Under the pieces are notes generated by a model that did not search any database, was not told where the DNA came from, and was given only the letters and a program-made list of their open reading frames with translations. Positions 50,056 to 60,453 of a stretch of 64,000 nucleotides of DNA are shown here, in pieces. Origin of the DNA: Candidatus Nezhaarchaeales archaeon (GTDB lineage: Archaea; Thermoproteota; Methanomethylicia; Nezhaarchaeales; WYZ-LMO8); NCBI GenBank assembly GCA_038887515.1, contig JAWAKK010000002.1, positions 288,001-352,000 on the forward strand, in the 5' to 3' direction. The position numbers were made by a program, and so were the translations under genes. Within the stretch, counting starts at the first letter, position 1; every line of letters begins with the position of its first letter.

Positions 50056-50507
50056 AACTCCTTCCCTTTTTAATCTAGAAGTAATGAGCTTACTACGAGA
50101 GAGCAAGATCTACCATTATGAAGAGAGGCCTGAGCCTTACAGGCGGATTATAGCTGGATTCTGTCACAATGGTGACCACTTGACTGGCTCGAGTCTCCCA
50201 GTTGACAGGTTGAGTAGTATATGCTGAGGAAGCCTGTTTCAAAGGTGAAAAGGAAAGCTTATAATACCCAACTTCTTTGAAGTCGGAGAGAATGAAAATG
50301 ATTAAGGTGTATATAATCATGTTTACTCTTGCAAATACCCCCGAGATCATTCGTAGGATACATAGTGTCCCACTTCTCGAATATTAGTAAGCATTTCATC
50401 CAGCAAGTGAAGCCATTAAACGTCTCTTCGACATATAAGAGGGGCTTTAAGGTGCACTTACGTTAAAATACAAGGCTGATAAAGTGAATTAACCTGAGGA
50501 GGGTTTA

Positions 50508-51038
50508 GTGTTGAAATATCGTGCACTCTTTATTGGTAGATTTCAACCTTTTCATAATGGACATTTACATTCCATCAACCACATCCTCGAGGAGTTTGAT
50601 GAAGTGGTAGTTATTATTGCAGCAGCTCAGTACAGCTTTACGACGGATAATCCTTTTACAGCTGGCGAAAGAATAGAAATGATACGTGCAGGTCTCGGTA
50701 ATGTTTATGAAAGAGTTTACATAGTTCCAGTTGACAACATACCAAGCAATTACGAATGGCCGAGACACGTTCTCTCATACTCCCCAAGAATTCACGTAGT
50801 TTACAGCAACAATGAGTTCGTCAGACTTTTGTTTAAGAACTACGGGATTGAGACCCGAGAGACTCCTCTTCTGCCTGGTGTTAGTGGATCTATTGTTAGA
50901 AGGTTCATGGTTGAAGATGGTGAATGGGAGCGGCTAGTGCCGGTTGGTACGGCTGAAGTGATAAAGGAGGTTAAAGGTGTTGAAAGGTTAAAGCTTCTCT
51001 GGAAACTCTCACCTAAAATAGCTGGCGAGAGATATTAG
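50508..51038 (+). CDS. nadM: Nicotinamide-nucleotide adenylyltransferase
   Basis: GRFQPFHNGH, NPFTAGER, SGSIVR, WERLVP. Confidence 0.93.
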   Translation: MLKYRALFIGRFQPFHNGHLHSINHILEEFDEVVVIIAAAQYSFTTDNPFTAGERIEMIRAGLGNVYERVYIVPVDNIPSNYEWPRHVLSYSPRIHVVYSNNEFVRLLFKNYGIETRETPLLPGVSGSIVRRFMVEDGEWERLVPVGTAEVIKEVKGVERLKLLWKLSPKIAGERY

Positions 51039-51170
51039 GTTCTAAACTACTCAATCTGATCTTGTATAACGCTCCTAAACAGCTTCCTCCCCACTAGGGG
51101 TTGTGTTGATAGGCTGGGACCTCAAAGAAAGGCTATTTATTCTGCCCTTTACGATAACAATAAGTGTGAG

Positions 51171-51782
51171 TTGCCTTTGGCTAATAACGTGGAAAAGATG
51201 CAAGATAACAAGTCTATGCCTAATATCGTTTCGATTAAGCTTATTATATTATGCTCAGTCGTATTTGGTTTAGGTTTAGTCCTAGGCCACTTTCTTGTAC
51301 CATCCTTAACAGGTACAGAAATCGTGGAAGAACTTACTGAGTACTTTCGTCCTCTAGTAGAATTTCCTCCACATGTATTTGTCCTCTTAATATTTGCTAA
51401 TAATTTCTTCAAAACTCTAATTCTGGGTCTTATTCTTGGGATTCTTATAGCCATCCCACCTATGATTTTTGCTTTTCTTAATGGCCTAATCATCGGACTA
51501 GTAAGCTCTATGGTTGCTGAAAGAAGTGGGGCGCTGTTTGTGCTTTTAGGCATCTTGCCGCATGGAATCCTAGAGATACCAGCGCTCTTAATAAGCTGTG
51601 CTTTGGGCGTTAAAGTTGGCTTAACAGTTTACGACAATATCAGGAATGGGGGCTTTGGCGTTGGAATTGTAATTAGAAAATTTGTTAAAACTTACTTAAA
51701 AGTAGTTGTTCCATTACTACTAGTAGCAGCTATAGTCGAGACTTACGTAACCCCTCTTCTGCTACACTTTATACATCAATAG
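51171..51782 (+). CDS. SpoIIM/DUF95-family membrane protein
   Basis: IFANN, NG, LPHGILEIPA, AAIVETYVT; exact start uncertain. Confidence 0.88.
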   Translation: MPLANNVEKMQDNKSMPNIVSIKLIILCSVVFGLGLVLGHFLVPSLTGTEIVEELTEYFRPLVEFPPHVFVLLIFANNFFKTLILGLILGILIAIPPMIFAFLNGLIIGLVSSMVAERSGALFVLLGILPHGILEIPALLISCALGVKVGLTVYDNIRNGGFGVGIVIRKFVKTYLKVVVPLLLVAAIVETYVTPLLLHFIHQ

Positions 51783-51926
51783 TACGCAATCCAACAAGAG
51801 TTAGACTAGTAAGAGTCGTGCGATTATTAGCTTACTTAGAGGCTTCAGTCAAGTTAAAGTTAAAAATATCAATTATGATCTTAAAGACTGTCAGGCTCAA
51901 GAATCACCATAAATGCGTGATGGATT

Positions 51927-53186
51927 ATGAAAGCGGACGTAGTAGTCGTAGGGAGTGGAGCTGGTGGAAGTATAGTTTCTAACGAGCTTGTAAACAGAGG
52001 TTTAAAGGTGGTTCTAGTAGAGAAAGGCGAAGATTTAGGACTTGAAAAGGCTTATTTGGGCTTTCGCTCGACGCTGTCATCAATAGACTTACTTAGATGC
52101 GAAGCTGTTGGAGGTACGACCCTCATATCCCTCGGGAACATGCTTATAACCAATACAATTATCGAGAAGTTTAAGGAAGTCGGTATAGATTTGACGGCTG
52201 AGGTCGATGAGGTGCGTAAGCTCATGCACGTAAAAGATATTCCAGTAGATAAGTTGCCGCAGTTTGCTGTGAAATTCATCGAGGTTTCTAGGAGTATGGG
52301 ATTAGATGCAAAGGTTATGCAGAAATCAATAGACTTTAACAAATGTATAGGTTGTGGTGGCTGTGCTTATGGCTGTGCAAGGGATGCAAAACGTACAGCG
52401 CTTGATCTGATAAGGAGAAGCCTTAGACAAGGATTGGTGTTACTAAGCTCATTTGAAGTTAACAGGGTACATAGATCTCAGGGTCAGGGAGAAGAGATAG
52501 TAGTTGAGGGAGTCGTTAGAGGTGAGAAGCTCAAGGTTATTTGTAAGGCTCTAATTCTAGCCGCAGGCGCTCTTGAAACCCCTAGGCTTTTAATTCAATT
52601 ACACGACAACGATAACATCGGGAAGCACCTCTTTGTAGATCCATTCTTAATCGTAGGCGGACCTTATAGCGGACCTCCAGCAAATGAAGGAATTCAGATG
52701 GCGGCCTATATTGACTATCAAGACTACATGCTTTCACCTAATTTCTCGGGCGCCTTACAATTTCAGTTGTTATCAAAAAAGGTTGACTATCGAGGGAAGA
52801 GCCTTGCATCAATAATGGTAAAAGTAGGCGACGAAGGGAGCGGGAGGGTATGGCCCGATGGAATTGTCGAAATACACATGACAAGGAGGGATCTAAAAGT
52901 TCTTGAGAGAGGAGTAAAAGAAGCCAAGAACATACTTTCCGAGTTAGGAGTAAAGGATGAAGACGTAGTTGTAACCCCTATAAGGGGGGCGCATCCAGGT
53001 GGGACAGCGGCACTAGGTTACGTAGTATCTCGAGATTTAAGCATAAGCGGTTGTGATGGTGTATTCGTGGCCGACGCAAGTCTAATACCACCTCTGCTTG
53101 GAAAACCACCAATGCTGCTGATAATGGCCTTAGCTATGAAAGTATCAAAGAAAGTATGTGAATACTTAGGGAAATATGCGAGCTAA
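51927..53186 (+). CDS. GMC-family flavin oxidoreductase with a 4Fe-4S insert
   Basis: GSGAGG, CIGCGGCAYGC, AHPGGTA, ADASLIP, GKPPML. Confidence 0.88.
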   Translation: MKADVVVVGSGAGGSIVSNELVNRGLKVVLVEKGEDLGLEKAYLGFRSTLSSIDLLRCEAVGGTTLISLGNMLITNTIIEKFKEVGIDLTAEVDEVRKLMHVKDIPVDKLPQFAVKFIEVSRSMGLDAKVMQKSIDFNKCIGCGGCAYGCARDAKRTALDLIRRSLRQGLVLLSSFEVNRVHRSQGQGEEIVVEGVVRGEKLKVICKALILAAGALETPRLLIQLHDNDNIGKHLFVDPFLIVGGPYSGPPANEGIQMAAYIDYQDYMLSPNFSGALQFQLLSKKVDYRGKSLASIMVKVGDEGSGRVWPDGIVEIHMTRRDLKVLERGVKEAKNILSELGVKDEDVVVTPIRGAHPGGTAALGYVVSRDLSISGCDGVFVADASLIPPLLGKPPMLLIMALAMKVSKKVCEYLGKYAS

Positions 53187-53277
53187 AAGTCCACAACTCT
53201 TAGGCAACTCCATAAGATTAGCGCAAGAAAGGTTGAGGAGGTTTTGTCCCTAAGGAGCTTCGTCGTTTCATTCACCT

Positions 53278-53715
53278 TTATTCTTCCTTGTATAAGGAGT
53301 TTACTAAGTTTTTTAACGTTGAGAGGACGTTAGGATTCTCTTTCAGGTAACACATTAATTTCAGTATCCTGCTGACCGTTAGATCGTGAAGCTCGTGTTC
53401 AATGTTGCAGGCATCATCTTCAGCTATATCGCCAGGGAGCTTCAGGAACGTCATCAAAAATTCTTTAAGGGCCTCATGCCTTCGATATATGTTCTCCGCA
53501 ACTTTGACGCCCTCTTCTGTTAAGGTTATCATTTCATGCCTAACATACTTAACGAGACCCTTACGGGCAAGTCTATCGAGGTATTCAACTATGCTGGGGG
53601 GCTTAACGTTCAGTATTTCAGCTAATCCTTTAACTCTTATAACCCCCTCCCTCTTCCACAACAAGTATAGTGCTTCTAGGTATTCCTCTTCTCTTCGAGT
53701 CTTCCTCGGTAACAA
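53278..53715 (-). CDS. DtxR/MntR-family metal-dependent repressor
   Basis: EEYLEAL, LNVKPPS, LTEEG, RRHE, ACNIEH. Confidence 0.93.
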   Translation of the reverse strand: MLPRKTRREEEYLEALYLLWKREGVIRVKGLAEILNVKPPSIVEYLDRLARKGLVKYVRHEMITLTEEGVKVAENIYRRHEALKEFLMTFLKLPGDIAEDDACNIEHELHDLTVSRILKLMCYLKENPNVLSTLKNLVNSLYKEE

Positions 53716-53920
53716 TTCCTATCAGCTCTTGGCGAGATACAACATCTCTCTTTTTAGAGTCTAAACTAGCCCTAAAATTTTTTGAAATGTTACGAAGAAC
53801 AACTATAATTAATAATACAGGAGTTATCAACGACTTGCAGAACTAAATAAATAGGGCCCCGAGCCTTCACTACGAACATTATTTGGTGGCTTGCTTTAGA
53901 ATTTGAAGTTAACAAATTGT

Positions 53921-53988
53921 AGCCGAGTCAGACGGCCTAGCGCTGCCCTCACCGATTCGGGAGGGGTCTGGGGTCTTCATTCTCGGCT
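53921..53988 (-). ncRNA. C/D-box guide sRNA with a 7-bp terminal stem
   Basis: Minus strand AGCCGAG-A-ATGAAGA-guide-CCGA-GTGAGG-guide-CTGA-CTCGGCT. Confidence 0.72.
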
Positions 53989-54317
53989 CGACAAGGATAT
54001 CCTCGACTTCTTCTTATGAGTTTTTCTTAAAGCGTGTAAATGGGCCAACAATGTAACGTTTACTGGCATCGTCTACGAATTGCAGAGCAGCACATCAAAT
54101 CCGTTTCTTAATAATGGATTGCAACTTCATGCTTCATGGTCTATTAACTCTGCTACTAACTTGATCGCATCGAGTTTCTGAAAGATAGCTAAAAGGTAGA
54201 AGCCTAAGCAAAAGGTTGAGCTTACTTACATTTTTAGTCTTTATGAGGTTAGCTACGGACCCTTTGAGTATACCGGCTCCATTACGCTACTTGTCATTTT
54301 TACGTCAGGTACAACGT

Positions 54318-54446
54318 TTACTGGCTTCTCATTTTTACGGTCACGGCTTTAGTTTTACTAGGCTTATAGAATGAACAATTTGGTCTCAACTCTAACCCTA
54401 ATTTACACTTACCCATGTTATAGTACTTACATACATTACACTTCAT
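54318..54446 (-). CDS. 42-aa Cys4 microprotein (not in ORF track)
   Basis: GAGGTG SD; MKCNVCKYYNMGKCKLGLELRPNCSFYKPSKTKAVTVKMRSQ. Confidence 0.6.
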   Translation of the reverse strand: MKCNVCKYYNMGKCKLGLELRPNCSFYKPSKTKAVTVKMRSQ

Positions 54447-54680
54447 TTCACACCACCTCAAACGAGTTCTCAAATATTGATTCGAGGACTATAAGTTTGA
54501 GATTCCCCATGTTACTTCAGCGTTTAGAGTCGACAGAGGCATCTATAGGCTTCTTATTTCGAAGAAAGAAGACTAGTTAATAAAAAGTTTACCCACCTTT
54601 TCTACGAAGAAGGTAATTATCTACACTGAAGAGCAGAGAGCAATAAAGAAGAGTTTTTTTATTATATTCAGAGGGGATTC

Positions 54681-55400
54681 ATGTACTTTGATGCTCACTG
54701 CCACCTTCACGAGATCGACGAGGAGGAGATTAGAGGGTTTAAGGACTATGTACTAGTGGCTGTATCAGATGACCTAGAATCCTCTAAGAAGAGCCTGAGT
54801 CTCGCCAAAAAATATGATAACGTAATACCTTGCTTTGGGGTGCATCCCTGGGCCATCGATAAAGCCTCTACGAGTAATATTGATGAGATAGAAAGGCTTG
54901 TTTCAGAGACCGGTTGTTGTGTACTAGGTGAAGTAGGACTCGATAAGAAGTTTGTACCCCAAACGTTCTCTAGACAGTTGAAGTTCTTTGAAGGGTTTAT
55001 AGACATAGCGGTTGAGTACGATGTACCGCTTAACATTCATGCCGCTGGCGCATGGCGCGAAGTATACCAAATACTTGTGAAAAGGGATGTAGAAAAAGCT
55101 GTGATTCATTGGTATACTGGACCCCTCGACTTGTTAGAAGAATTAACAGCTAAGGGGTACTTTGTGACGATAAACCCTGCAGTGGAAGTACAAGAGAAAC
55201 ATAGAAAAGTAGCGATAGAAGTTGACTTGAGGCATGTACTTGTTGAAAGTGATGCTCCCTACGAATACAGAGGATTGCGGCTCACGCCAAGGCTTATACC
55301 TCGGGTCCTTAAAATTTTAGCTGAAATTAAGGGTCTAAGACTAGAAGAAGTAAAAGCAACAGTAGAAGTCAACTTTAGGGGGCTTTTCAGGTACCGATAG
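54681..55400 (+). CDS. TatD-family hydrolase
   Basis: DAHCHL, GVHPW, GEVGLD, IHWY, ESDAPY. Confidence 0.93.
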   Translation: MYFDAHCHLHEIDEEEIRGFKDYVLVAVSDDLESSKKSLSLAKKYDNVIPCFGVHPWAIDKASTSNIDEIERLVSETGCCVLGEVGLDKKFVPQTFSRQLKFFEGFIDIAVEYDVPLNIHAAGAWREVYQILVKRDVEKAVIHWYTGPLDLLEELTAKGYFVTINPAVEVQEKHRKVAIEVDLRHVLVESDAPYEYRGLRLTPRLIPRVLKILAEIKGLRLEEVKATVEVNFRGLFRYR

Positions 55401-55442
55401 GATTCTTTGACCTTCAAAACATGAACTTTAAGGTCCATAGGC

Positions 55443-56321
55443 CTAAATTTTTCTTATACATTCTTTAGCTAATTGATAAGCATCTTCAACGTTACTGGGA
55501 TCCCTTATATCCAAGTAAGCAGCTTGTTTATTAAAGTAAGGAGAACCTTTCCTCGAGAATATTGTTATCAGTCTACCGTTGTGTAAGACCATGTATCCTT
55601 CATCACAGGGTTCATGTCCTCTGATGACGATCCTAACTCCTAAACTCTTTAAGAATTTTTCAGTAACGTCAGGACCAAACAGGTAACCAGCACCTCTAGG
55701 TGACGCGCCTATACCATTAATAGTCATGGGGTCGTTCCACAAAAGTTCTTCTAAGAGACTCATGTTTTGATGGGCATTAACGAGCGATTTTATGGTTACG
55801 GGCTGTGTAGGGACCCCTCCATGAACCATGAAAAGAGAGCCCTCTAAGAGAGCGCAAGCGTAAAGATTTCTTAGACAACCCATTATCGACTCGTAGATTT
55901 CTCTCCACGAAGTTCCGTATAAACGGCTTAAGTGCCACGGAAAGTCGTGAGGATATACGGGTAGCTCTTGAGGACCCTCGTGATTGCCCATTAATAAGAT
56001 TACGGAATGTGGGCTTTTGAGCTTGATGTTAAATATCTCGTAGACGACGCGAGGTGCCTCAGACCCTCTATCTACGTAGTCTCCGAGAAAGACTACTATT
56101 GCTTCCTTTAAGTCGGTACCCGATATTATCTTAGTTAAGCTCTCGTAGTCGCCATGGATATCTCCTATAACTACAATCCTCTTGGCGCTATCCTTTATCT
56201 TTGCTAAGGAGCCGTGGGCTTCATAGCCTCCAACGTCAACTCTTTTTCTTTCCTCTATTAGTAAATTCCTTACTTTAGAGGACAGTTCAATGAATTCTTC
56301 AGTTGTTGGTAGTGAAGACAT
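55443..56321 (-). CDS. PPP-family Ser/Thr protein phosphatase
   Basis: GDIHG, GDYVDRG, GNHE, HGG, LWNDP, RGHE. Confidence 0.93.
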   Translation of the reverse strand: MSSLPTTEEFIELSSKVRNLLIEERKRVDVGGYEAHGSLAKIKDSAKRIVVIGDIHGDYESLTKIISGTDLKEAIVVFLGDYVDRGSEAPRVVYEIFNIKLKSPHSVILLMGNHEGPQELPVYPHDFPWHLSRLYGTSWREIYESIMGCLRNLYACALLEGSLFMVHGGVPTQPVTIKSLVNAHQNMSLLEELLWNDPMTINGIGASPRGAGYLFGPDVTEKFLKSLGVRIVIRGHEPCDEGYMVLHNGRLITIFSRKGSPYFNKQAAYLDIRDPSNVEDAYQLAKECIRKI

Positions 56322-56399
56322 TCTTCTTCACATTCCTTGCACTTAAACGTTAATTGGAGTACTAAACTATATGTCTGCTGCACCAGAGGGTTTAGATAC

Positions 56400-56864
56400 A
56401 TGAAGGAGGGTTTTGACTTAATCAAGGTGCGTAAGGAACTTAAGGGAAATACGTTGAAGCTTTACCTCTATTTAACCAAGAGAGCTAGCGGGTACACCAT
56501 TGACGAGATGAGATTCTTTAGCGGCTTTTCTAATAAGGCATTGATAAACCAATGCCTTGCAGAAATGAAGCGACTTGGAATAGTAGAGAAGCGGGAAGAC
56601 CGATATTATGTTCCTAGACCGATAGCAGAAGCTGTAGATTACGTACTCAAACATTACGTCAAGGTAGGCAATAGAATTTTGCCAAGAGGTTTTATAAGTG
56701 CCATAGCTTATCTAGCATTCCTACTAGTGTTCTTTTCAATATTTCCTTCAACCCTCCTACTGTTACCCTTCGGTGTAGTGATGAGCTCCATTTTCATAGC
56801 CATCGGAATTTACGAAACATATAGGCTTAGAAAGTTCGTTAAAAAGGTTAAAGAGCCAAAGTAG
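56400..56864 (+). CDS. Winged-helix-like protein with two C-terminal TM helices
   Basis: LKGNTLKLYLYL...GIVEK..RYYV, then ILPR and a hydrophobic hairpin. Confidence 0.7.
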   Translation: MKEGFDLIKVRKELKGNTLKLYLYLTKRASGYTIDEMRFFSGFSNKALINQCLAEMKRLGIVEKREDRYYVPRPIAEAVDYVLKHYVKVGNRILPRGFISAIAYLAFLLVFFSIFPSTLLLLPFGVVMSSIFIAIGIYETYRLRKFVKKVKEPK

Positions 56865-57058
56865 AAAGTCATGTAAAGCTTACTTAAATAAAGGGAAGAC
56901 AGAATAGTCGTTGCTTATCTCCATTTTAGAGCAATAGGATCAATATCCTACACAGAACTGTCTTTAGAAACAGTAATGTAAGATATCATGTAACTTGGAT
57001 CTGTATTTACTTGAGAAAAGTTTAAGCTTTTTCAAATTGAGATGCTTGAAACAGTTGA

Positions 57059-57145
57059 GCCCCGGTAGCTCAGTCTGGTTAGAGCACTGCCTTGGTATAT
57101 CAAACAAAGAGGCAGGGGTCGCGGGTTCGAATCCCGCCCGGGGCT
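57059..57145 (+). tRNA. tRNA-Thr(GGT) with 12-nt intron 57098-57109
   Basis: CTGCC TT GGT A[TATCAAACAAAG]A GGCAG; acceptor GCCCCGG/CCGGGGC. Confidence 0.95.
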
Positions 57146-57293
57146 TTAACTCTATCTTTAAACTTTGTTGTCCTATCTACTTGTTGATTTACTTTTAATT
57201 TTCCCGTCTATACTTAGAACTTTTAATTACTCGGAGGAGTATGTTATTATCTCACTTAATTGCTTAACTATCTTAATGTAACCCTGTAATTCG

Positions 57294-57998
57294 ATGTTGG
57301 TGATTAAGTTGGAGGTCGAAGCGTGTAAGAAGATAGCGGCTAAAGCTGCTTTAAGCGAACTAGTAGACAAAATGGTATTGGGACTTGGGACGGGATCTAC
57401 AGTAGAATATTTCGCAGCGTTTTTAGGCGAGGAGGTTAAGAAGGGGTTAAGGATTAAAGTTGTTCCAACGTCGTACCATTCCCTTCAGATGGCCGTTAAG
57501 TACGGCTTAGAGGTTTTACCAGCAGAGCTTGTGGATGAGATAGACGTGGTTGTCGATGGAGCAGACGAAGTTGATCAAAGGCTCAATTTGATTAAAGGTA
57601 GGGGCGCGGCCCTTTCAAAGGAGAAGGTGGTTGCATCGATGGCCTTGAAGAAAGTGTACATAGTTAGCTACGATAAGCTCGTAGATAAGCTATGTTCCAC
57701 GAAGCCTGTACCTGTGGAAGTCCTTCCGTTCGCTTATAGATACGTAATGAAGAGATTGAGAGAGCTTGGAGGAGAACCAGAGCTTCGTGAGGCTGGAAGA
57801 TTTAAAGATGGACCTCTCGTGACAGATAACGGTAACTTCATAATTGACGTACGCTTTAACCCTATAGACAACCCCAAAGAGCTTGAAACTAAAATTAAGG
57901 AGATACCTGGAGTGGTCGAAGTCGGCATTTTCTGCAATATAGCAGATGTAGTATACGTTGGAAGGCCTAGTGGTGTAGAAGTGCTCAAGAGGTGCTAG
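57294..57998 (+). CDS. rpiA: Ribose-5-phosphate isomerase A
   Basis: GLGTGST, DGADEVD, IKGRGAAL..EK, TDNGN. Confidence 0.96.
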   Translation: MLVIKLEVEACKKIAAKAALSELVDKMVLGLGTGSTVEYFAAFLGEEVKKGLRIKVVPTSYHSLQMAVKYGLEVLPAELVDEIDVVVDGADEVDQRLNLIKGRGAALSKEKVVASMALKKVYIVSYDKLVDKLCSTKPVPVEVLPFAYRYVMKRLRELGGEPELREAGRFKDGPLVTDNGNFIIDVRFNPIDNPKELETKIKEIPGVVEVGIFCNIADVVYVGRPSGVEVLKRC

Positions 57999-58046
57999 AC
58001 TATTAGGTAAGCTTTTAAAGGCTTGAAATCAGATGGTTATCTTGGA

Positions 58047-58148
58047 GCCGGGGTCGCCTAGGGGCCTAAGGCGCCGGACTCATAATCTCGATAATGTGAG
58101 GCTAGAGGTGTAATCCGGTTATCGCGGGTTCGAATCCCGCCCCCGGCA
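58047..58148 (+). tRNA. tRNA with CAT anticodon, probably elongator tRNA-Met, 28-nt intron 58085-58112
   Basis: GCCGGGG...CCGGA CT CAT A[intron]A TCCGG...CCCCGGCA. Confidence 0.9.
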
Positions 58149-58290
58149 CTAGCATAACTCCTTTTCCTCACCGACTCTCTAAGTTTTAAACGGCTAGTTT
58201 AAGCAGGAAGCCCATTTTCATAATTACTGTGTAGAGCGCTCACTGCGAACAATGTACTTTTAATGAGTTACGTCGAAAGACTTAGGAGAG

Positions 58291-59682
58291 TTAACGCTCT
58301 ATTTCGAGCCATGGATAGAGTTCCTTTAATTTCTGTACGGCGTCTTTAACCTTCTCGTCAGGGTACTCGTACGGCAGTAACTTTCCACTTAAATAATCGC
58401 TAAATGCTTGCATATCAAAGTGGCCGTGTCCACATAATAGGAACAGTATGGTCTTCTCCTCTCCAGTTTCCTTGCATTTTAATGCTTCATCTATGACGGC
58501 TTTTATTGCGTGACTGGGCTCTGGAGCTGGTATGAGACCTTCAGTTTTAGCAAATAAGTGTGCTGCCTCGAAGACCTCTACTTGGTTGTAGGCTACAGTC
58601 TTAACTATCCCTTCTTTGCTCAGCAAGCATAGAGTCGGTGCCTTTCCATGATATCTTAAGCCTCCTGCATGTATTGGTGGTGGAATGAACATGTGCCCAA
58701 GTGTATACATCTTCAGCATAGGTGTTAAGCGAGCTGTGTCACCGTGATCGTACGTATAGAAGCCCTTAGTTATGCTCGGGCAAGCAGTCGGCTCAACAGC
58801 TAGAAATTTAACGTCTTTTGGGGCTTTGCCTGAGATCTTGTCGTAATAGAATGGCCAAAATAGCCCAGAAAAACTGCTTCCGCCACCAATGCATCCAACT
58901 ATGAGGTCTGGATAGTCATCTACAAGCTCCATCTGTTTTTTAGCCTCTAATCCGACGACCGTCTGATGTAGCAATACGAAGTTTAAAACGCTTCCAAGAG
59001 AGTACTTAACCCCCTCATGTGTCAAGGCATCTTCTATAGCTTCACTTATAGCTATGCCAAGACTACCAGGGTTGTCGGGATCGTTTTCAAGAATACTTCT
59101 TCCATATTTGGTGTTAGTGCTTGGGCTTGGGTAAACGTCAGCCCCCCACATCTCCATTAAGACGCGCCTATACGGTTTCTGGTTATAGCTTACCTTAACC
59201 ATGTATATGGTTGCTTTAAGCTCAAATAGCATACAGCCGAAGGCTAGCGCAGAACCCCATTGTCCAGCGCCAGTTTCTGTCGTCAATCTCTTAATCCCTT
59301 CCTTCATAGCATAATATGCTTGCGCTACAGCTGTGTTAGGTTTATGACTACCGGGGGGACTAACCCCTTCATACTTGTAATATATCTTCGCGGGGGTCTT
59401 GAGAGCTTTCTCAAGATTAGTAGCTCTATAAAGTGGTGTCGGTCTCCATAATGTATAGGCTTCGCGAACTTCACTTGGAATATCTATCCATCTTTCCTGG
59501 CTAAGCTCTTGTATTATACACTCTTTTGGAAATAGAGCCATCAGGTCATCCGGTTTTACTGGCTCCCTTGTTACTGGGTTTATTGGTGGAGGTAGTGGTT
59601 TCGGAAGGTCCGGTAAGATGTTGTACCATTGTTTTGGTACTTCATCTTCGGTTAAAAGTATCTTCCTCACAATTATGCACAC
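58291..59682 (-). CDS. trpB2: Tryptophan synthase beta-like TrpB2
   Basis: [38 protein letters not shown]. Confidence 0.95.
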   Translation of the reverse strand: MCIIVRKILLTEDEVPKQWYNILPDLPKPLPPPINPVTREPVKPDDLMALFPKECIIQELSQERWIDIPSEVREAYTLWRPTPLYRATNLEKALKTPAKIYYKYEGVSPPGSHKPNTAVAQAYYAMKEGIKRLTTETGAGQWGSALAFGCMLFELKATIYMVKVSYNQKPYRRVLMEMWGADVYPSPSTNTKYGRSILENDPDNPGSLGIAISEAIEDALTHEGVKYSLGSVLNFVLLHQTVVGLEAKKQMELVDDYPDLIVGCIGGGSSFSGLFWPFYYDKISGKAPKDVKFLAVEPTACPSITKGFYTYDHGDTARLTPMLKMYTLGHMFIPPPIHAGGLRYHGKAPTLCLLSKEGIVKTVAYNQVEVFEAAHLFAKTEGLIPAPEPSHAIKAVIDEALKCKETGEEKTILFLLCGHGHFDMQAFSDYLSGKLLPYEYPDEKVKDAVQKLKELYPWLEIER

Positions 59683-59954
59683 ACCTGATCAATAATGTAA
59701 AAATATGTTCATTTAAGATATATTTAAATCTTCTGTGTATTTAAATATACAAAATTGTTTTAATGATAATATGTAGAACTTATCCTCTAATACTGCTGTC
59801 CTCTGAAAATCTTCTAGCACTCTTAACCGTTGCAACGATATTAAAAGACTTCAGACTTAAGAGTTTTTACATTAATAATCTCTTCGAAATAAACCTACGA
59901 GGCTTTCAAGTTAAAAAACGAGGTAAATTTTTAAAAGGGTAGGAGAACTAAATC

Positions 59955-60383
59955 TTGATGTCCATGGTTTCTAAAGAGTTATTGGACTTACTGAACGAAG
60001 CTATTGCACGAGAGATACAAGTATCCATCCAGTACATGTGGCAACACGTTCAATGGAGAGGGGTTAAAGCCTTCGCAGTACGAGATGAGTTAAAGAAGAT
60101 AGCAATAACTGAGATGAAGCATGCGGAAGCCATCGCCGAAAGGCTCTTTTATCTAGGTGGCGTTCCAACAACTAAGCCTAAAGAGATTTTTGTTGGCAAG
60201 ACTTTGAAGGAAATGGTTGAACAGGACGTAAAAGATGAGGAGTATGCCATAAGGTTATACAAGGAGATAATAGAGAGAGCTCGCAAGGAAAATGATATCA
60301 CAACTGCGGTTCTATTTGAAGGAATACTAAAGGATGAAGAAGAGCATCACGACTTCTTTACATCGCTACTAGAAGAACTCTAG
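59955..60383 (+). CDS. Ferritin-like (bacterioferritin-type) diiron protein
   Basis: ARE...QY, EMKHAE, DE..AI..Y, DEEEH. Confidence 0.9.
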   Translation: MMSMVSKELLDLLNEAIAREIQVSIQYMWQHVQWRGVKAFAVRDELKKIAITEMKHAEAIAERLFYLGGVPTTKPKEIFVGKTLKEMVEQDVKDEEYAIRLYKEIIERARKENDITTAVLFEGILKDEEEHHDFFTSLLEEL

Positions 60384-60453
60384 TCTTCATAACTTGTCAA
60401 ATCTCAATCAAATTTTTTAATTTGATATTCATCTCGCATTTTACTTCCCTAAC

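Noticed and set aside
50004-57145. Integrated mobile element bounded by tRNA-Thr repeats
   Set aside because: No integrase, transposase or viral genes, and the cargo is housekeeping-like; kept only as an alternative under the tRNA-half finding
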